From NCBI RefSeq assembly GCF_036321535.1, contig NC_087437.1, positions 118,422,001 through 118,486,000 on the forward strand: DNA of 64,000 nt, given 5' to 3'. A program made the position numbers and the translations under genes. Within the stretch, counting starts at the first letter, position 1. Every line of letters starts with the position of its first letter. This DNA is from Camelus dromedarius (lineage: Eukaryota). The notes under the pieces were generated by a model. The model did not search any database. It was given only the letters and a program-made list of their open reading frames with translations, and was not told where the DNA came from. Shown here one piece after another: positions 61,935 through 64,000 of the stretch.

Positions 61935-62050
61935 CAGGAGGATGTGATGGTGGCACAACGTGAATGTATTTGGTGCCACTGAGCAGTGCACTTGAAAATG
62001 GTTAAAATGCCACATTTTATGTTACGTGTATTTTACCACAGTAAAAATTA
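61935..62050 (+). mobile_element. Old L1 3' terminal fragment (L1MB-like)
   Basis: gtgccactgagcagtgcacttgaaaatggttaaaatg...ttttatgttacgtgtattttaccaca. Confidence 0.75.
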
Positions 62051-62777
62051 ATCGCCATACACAGAGGGCAAACGGCACCAGTGAGACCAAGTGAAATGAA
62101 GAGAGAACGATGCTTTCGAATTTAACGTGTGTGTAGCCCCCAATCTACTTAAATGCTCCGTGTGTCACTATTGAGGGGTGGTCTGCGTGCCCTGGACCAA
62201 CATACTCCGGACCACCGAGGGGTCACAGTCGGTACCCCGGGATGGCCCCTGGGTGGGGAGGGGGATGAGGCAGAGGAAAGGAGGGCCAGGCCTCAGAGGG
62301 CTGGGGCAGGCCTTGGTGATCAAGGTGCCCACCCTCCCTGCATGTCTCTGTCCCCCCTCTCAATCTGCCTCCTCACTCCCTCCAGGCTGTAAAGGAGAGG
62401 CTCATGGTGACCCCGAAAATGGAGCTACAAAGGGCTTTGAAGAACGCAGTATGTCCAACCCCATTATATTAACGGCTCAGAGGGTGGAAAGGAGATTTGA
62501 GAAAAGGGCTGAGATGCTCTGAACAGGAGAGGCATGGAGGTTGCAGACCCCACACAGTCACCCAAAGAAGATAATGCAAACAATGAAAACCAGAACCCAA
62601 GAGGCCATGTTCTAAATAGGGGGGAAATGGGTCCTGGGGTGTGAACAGAGGGAAGACCAGCTTCTCCCTCCCTCCGTCTTCTTCTCTCCAGAAGAAAAGG
62701 AAGCTTCATGAGAGGAGGGGAGGGGCGGGAAGGAGGAGGTGGGAGGGAGAAAAGGAGTGTAAAGAAAATGAAGTAGA

Positions 62778-62927
62778 GGGGGAGGGTAGAGCTCAGTGGC
62801 AGAGCGCATGCTTAGCAGTCATGAGGTCCTGGGTTCAATGCCCAGTACCTCCATTAAAATTTTTTAAATAAAATAAAAATAAACCTAATTACCTCCTTCC
62901 AAAACTAAAAATTAAAAAAAAAAAAAG
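62778..62927 (+). mobile_element. tRNA-derived SINE (camelid Vic-1 type)
   Basis: gggggagggtagagctcagtggcagagcgcatgcttagc...ggtcctgggttcaatgcccagtacctcc plus A-tail. Perfect 17-bp TSD aaagaaaatgaagtaga at 62761-62777 and 62928-62944. Confidence 0.93.
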
Positions 62928-63136
62928 AAAGAAAATGAAGTAGAAAAGTGGAACAGGCAAGAGGGACTGCTGATCTACCCAGAGCCCTGCAGTAAATCAG
63001 GCTGCTCTGTGCATCTAAGGTGAGGTGGAGGCCGAGAACCCAAGTTTGTCCTCGTTTCTGCAGAAGGTGGGACTAGGTTACAGAATCAGCAGAGACGCTA
63101 GCCTTACACTGTTGAAAGAGTACGTGTGTGTTGTTT

Positions 63137-63173
63137 GCGTGTGTGTGTGTGTGTGTGCGCGCGCGCGCATGCA
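63137..63173. repeat. (TG)n(CG)n alternating purine-pyrimidine tract
   Basis: gcgtgtgtgtgtgtgtgtgtgcgcgcgcgcgcatgca seen directly. Confidence 0.9.
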
Positions 63174-64000
63174 CTGCACAGCCATTGGGGGTCCTTGTAG
63201 GCATTATATGTCAAAGGAAAAAGATAAACTATCAAACCAGCTCTCAGTTTATTCCTTCACTCACCGCAGCCTTCATTGTAAACTCTAAATTTAACATGTA
63301 ACCCCCCAAAACTATTTTTTTTAGAAAAGATAAGGGGTTATCTTTTTTTTTTAATCCAGGAGAAAATACGGTCCCCCAAAGACAAGTGAAAATGCCATGA
63401 ACACACCAAGGGAGGAAAACAGACGCTTGACGAGGACCTTCAGGAAAGACTTGACAAAATGTAACCAGTAGTCAGGAACTCAGAGAACACGGGAGATGCA
63501 AGGCTGTTCGTAAAAACCAAGGAGCTCGGGTGGCTTCAAGCACAGGCCCCGGGAGTCAGATACGAGAGCGGAATGAGGCCAGGCTGGGACGGCGGGCTGG
63601 GGCCGCAGCCCGGGGGCCCCTCTGTCCTCTGCTGGATCCCAAAGCAAGATCACTGGCAGATACTGGTAACACACAACATCGTGACAATGGAGGCCACTCT
63701 GAGGACCTAGGATGTGTCTGCTTGTTGCTGAGTGAAAAATCAATGAGAGAAGCCCTGAAAGCCTTAATTTCCCTGCAAAAGGACAGAGAAAGCCACAGTG
63801 CTTCTGTGAAGCAGTAAGGCGCAGACTGTCACCATTCTGTGCTTTAAAGTCCACTGAAAATACCATTTTCACGAAAAAAACTATGAAATGTGCTATCTTA
63901 CCCAGACTTAGACAACTTATCAAATCAGCATTTGATTTGTCAGTATTGATTCAGTGGTGGGGATAATAAAAAAGAAACCCTAAGAACATCAAGTCCTGCA

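Noticed and set aside
62778..62852. tRNA-like sequences (also at 14712 and 43201)
   Set aside because: They have A and B boxes, but also A-rich tails, TSDs and mutual divergence, so they are SINE heads rather than tRNA genes.
63325..63352. Hairpin followed by a T-run, resembling a rho-independent terminator
   Set aside because: The DNA is mammalian, the stem is AT-rich and there is no upstream gene.
1..64000. CRISPR array, operon, prophage or other prokaryotic-type system
   Set aside because: There are no regularly spaced repeat-spacer units and no gene-dense ORFs. The repeat content is entirely eutherian.

Overview
This is mammalian nuclear DNA, most likely from a camelid (camel, alpaca or vicuna). 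That assignment rests on three tRNA-derived SINEs of the Vic-1 type with target-site duplications (TSDs) and on young artiodactyl-type L1 3' ends. I recognise no host protein-coding gene, rRNA, genuine tRNA or CRISPR array, so the window reads as intergenic or deep-intronic. The only ORFs I can assign to a known protein are remnants of the L1 ORF2 C-terminus (37069-38133, minus strand). Much of the window is interspersed repeat: young and old L1, HAL1-like, L2, MIR, MaLR/ERVL/MER21 solo LTRs, hAT-Charlie and Tigger fossils, and microsatellites. The unique stretches carry candidate regulatory signals: a CTCF-motif cluster at 15.4-16.8 kb, RFX X-boxes, a thrice-repeated CATRGTAATTACAC motif, G-quadruplex tracts and CpG-rich patches. 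The most notable structures are two 5'-inverted (twin-primed) L1 insertions, an unexplained 43-bp direct repeat 1.7 kb apart, a head-to-head (TG)n/(CA)n pair and an old L1 fragment that appears to have gained CpGs. I found no convincing evidence of a new biological system. Repeat subfamily names are from recollection of consensus sequences and need Dfam/RepeatMasker confirmation, and boundaries of old repeats are approximate.
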